From Candidatus Micrarchaeia archaeon (lineage in GTDB: Archaea; Micrarchaeota; Micrarchaeia; Anstonellales; Anstonellaceae): a DNA stretch of 64,000 bases. Shown one piece after another: positions 63,901-64,000 of this stretch. The stretch spans positions 64,801 through 128,800 of the forward strand of contig JBAZLL010000003.1 in assembly GCA_041650255.1 (NCBI GenBank). Direction: 5' to 3'. Each line of letters starts with the position of its first letter. Position 1 is the stretch's first letter. Below the pieces are notes generated by a model that saw only the letters and a list, made by a program, of their open reading frames with translations, made no database searches and was not told where the DNA came from. The position numbers were made by a program, and so were the translations under genes.

Positions 63901-64000
63901 GTCTTTCCAGAAAACAAATTCTTGAAAACATCGAGCTACTGCAAAATCAGCTCAAAGACCGCATGCGCCTTGTGCCCCGTTCCGCAATTGCGGATGATAT
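60999..64000 (+). CDS. Giant protein of unknown function, at least 1000 aa. It runs off the window edge and is absent from the ORF track. It has a signal peptide, a roughly 165-aa N-terminal domain, one TM helix and a large C-terminal region.
   Basis: I checked the reading frame by hand and found it open from 60999 to 64000 (codon positions divisible by 3). The N-terminus is V/MKNKSLLLFWLLLLLSASFSQQICPQC. The TM helix is MLICLPLIIIFGLLIASL. Beyond it lie at least 800 aa, apparently helix-rich, with no Walker A or other motif that I recognise. Confidence 0.7.
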   Translation, partial: MKNKSLLLFWLLLLLSASFSQQICPQCFESSIRLNLSEFSQTRIVYAQATYLNVTFYTPEADDSDSASQIVNSQMQIEVLNASGASISFFVDNQPVSDENGEPSCQNLITDYAGIVECKIIYVKNPYTSDPPAIKLDDWPQDALLTARLQYSNENPQIKPSISSPVLISTNNNPSQQLYTTFLMAASTPKNMLICLPLIIIFGLLIASLQYAGKNPLSLFDITVPRLPNLKKVRMKSPTIPLQLNMMGRMSARVIARNERAIESSLLALYLRSGKSSGSLKQVIRDMFPRRPILGSAKAYSDAGYDASLAKLRSLIDSSGADKKYRDIAWAAIMRNMEIRQTLIIGLKTTSAARAGQFSNRASTISGTLDLIGTRLAKPWKLIPSLAKNERLDALPGLPYVERTFLVAQNWIGSKYSNLSLRRALVKTLVAETARSLGANPQAKFIRDNIFDHKKIGDIPHIIERLRQESYILGRAIVDEYARALMMPIVLKKGKGENEYSLDTNALKNVLAMIKSAQEKIDSDVRSGRIDSTFREYYLKEEMMRRLADYIQKNKVAFYDATGSQLSQKEVGEFVKNYALAYAQKAREIIMADGVSTADGRYPSLTDSRANKLNPEDVYSRYNQLVAMLGASSKQLAQGKIPLVMLGHDMTDLFGKAVNIKVARQQLQAQSEVEKLQQIRYMMEAELMKKQLFDYITGSRALLDNYNKKIEPLLGQGILNNNWLAQLDHAISLKSIRDLADYSRRGEWAARNYLTAHYSYNTDFLAETEKNNLSVLRQLFSSQFDRGYEDLFRNYDVMIRRNQMTYQSMKSVFETYMPGQKWDAAGYQAWKEKGVTYADIKKGVWIIDARQTIIPLASGFDFDKDGAVRSARCNVVNGRLTYDHTVIDFLGSDYAERPVNASYMIKTADGRWRPGTPTDPETATIVRQLKSYYAQLSSLKFGEGRFADYTADGKVSDAAANMDASVRGLSRKQILENIELLQNQLKDRMRLVPRSAIADD

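Overview
This window is a gene-dense archaeal chromosomal segment, most consistent with a small-genome DPANN-type archaeon. Supporting evidence: archaeal-type TyrRS, GluRS with the archaeal N-terminal domain, a short ERCC4/XPF nuclease, Mre11, SMC, an Sm-like protein, a translin-like protein, archaeal NMNAT, and a pilin-like protein with a class III signal peptide. A/T-rich TATA boxes sit about 25-30 nt upstream of many start codons. I can support about 55 protein genes and one tRNA-Ala(GGC). I saw no rRNA, CRISPR array, integrase or transposase. Recognisable housekeeping genes are dys (partial), smc, pyrH, mre11, purD, tyrS, nrdJ, a thyX-like gene, topA, purH, nadM, an FKBP, gltX, fni, fbp and a GT3 glycogen synthase. 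Many predicted extracellular proteins are Cys-rich or rich in N-glycosylation sequons. Two membrane-anchored thioredoxin-fold oxidoreductases lie in the same window. The most unusual locus is 52.6-64.0 kb. It holds a tightly packed minus-strand operon of six mutually paralogous polytopic membrane proteins that I cannot assign to any family. A single-HKD Nuc-like nuclease follows that operon. The operon is transcribed divergently, through a 135-bp control region, from a giant ORF of more than 1000 aa that is open at the window edge and absent from the ORF track. Smaller observations: a dispersed 34-bp T-rich palindromic element (three tandem copies plus one perfect copy beside the tRNA), two tiny highly basic ORFs below the ORF-track cutoff, a stand-alone paralog of the GluRS N-terminal domain, and phased TCATGA repeats in the promoter of a wHTH gene. 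All functional calls rest on motif recognition by eye. No database search was run.
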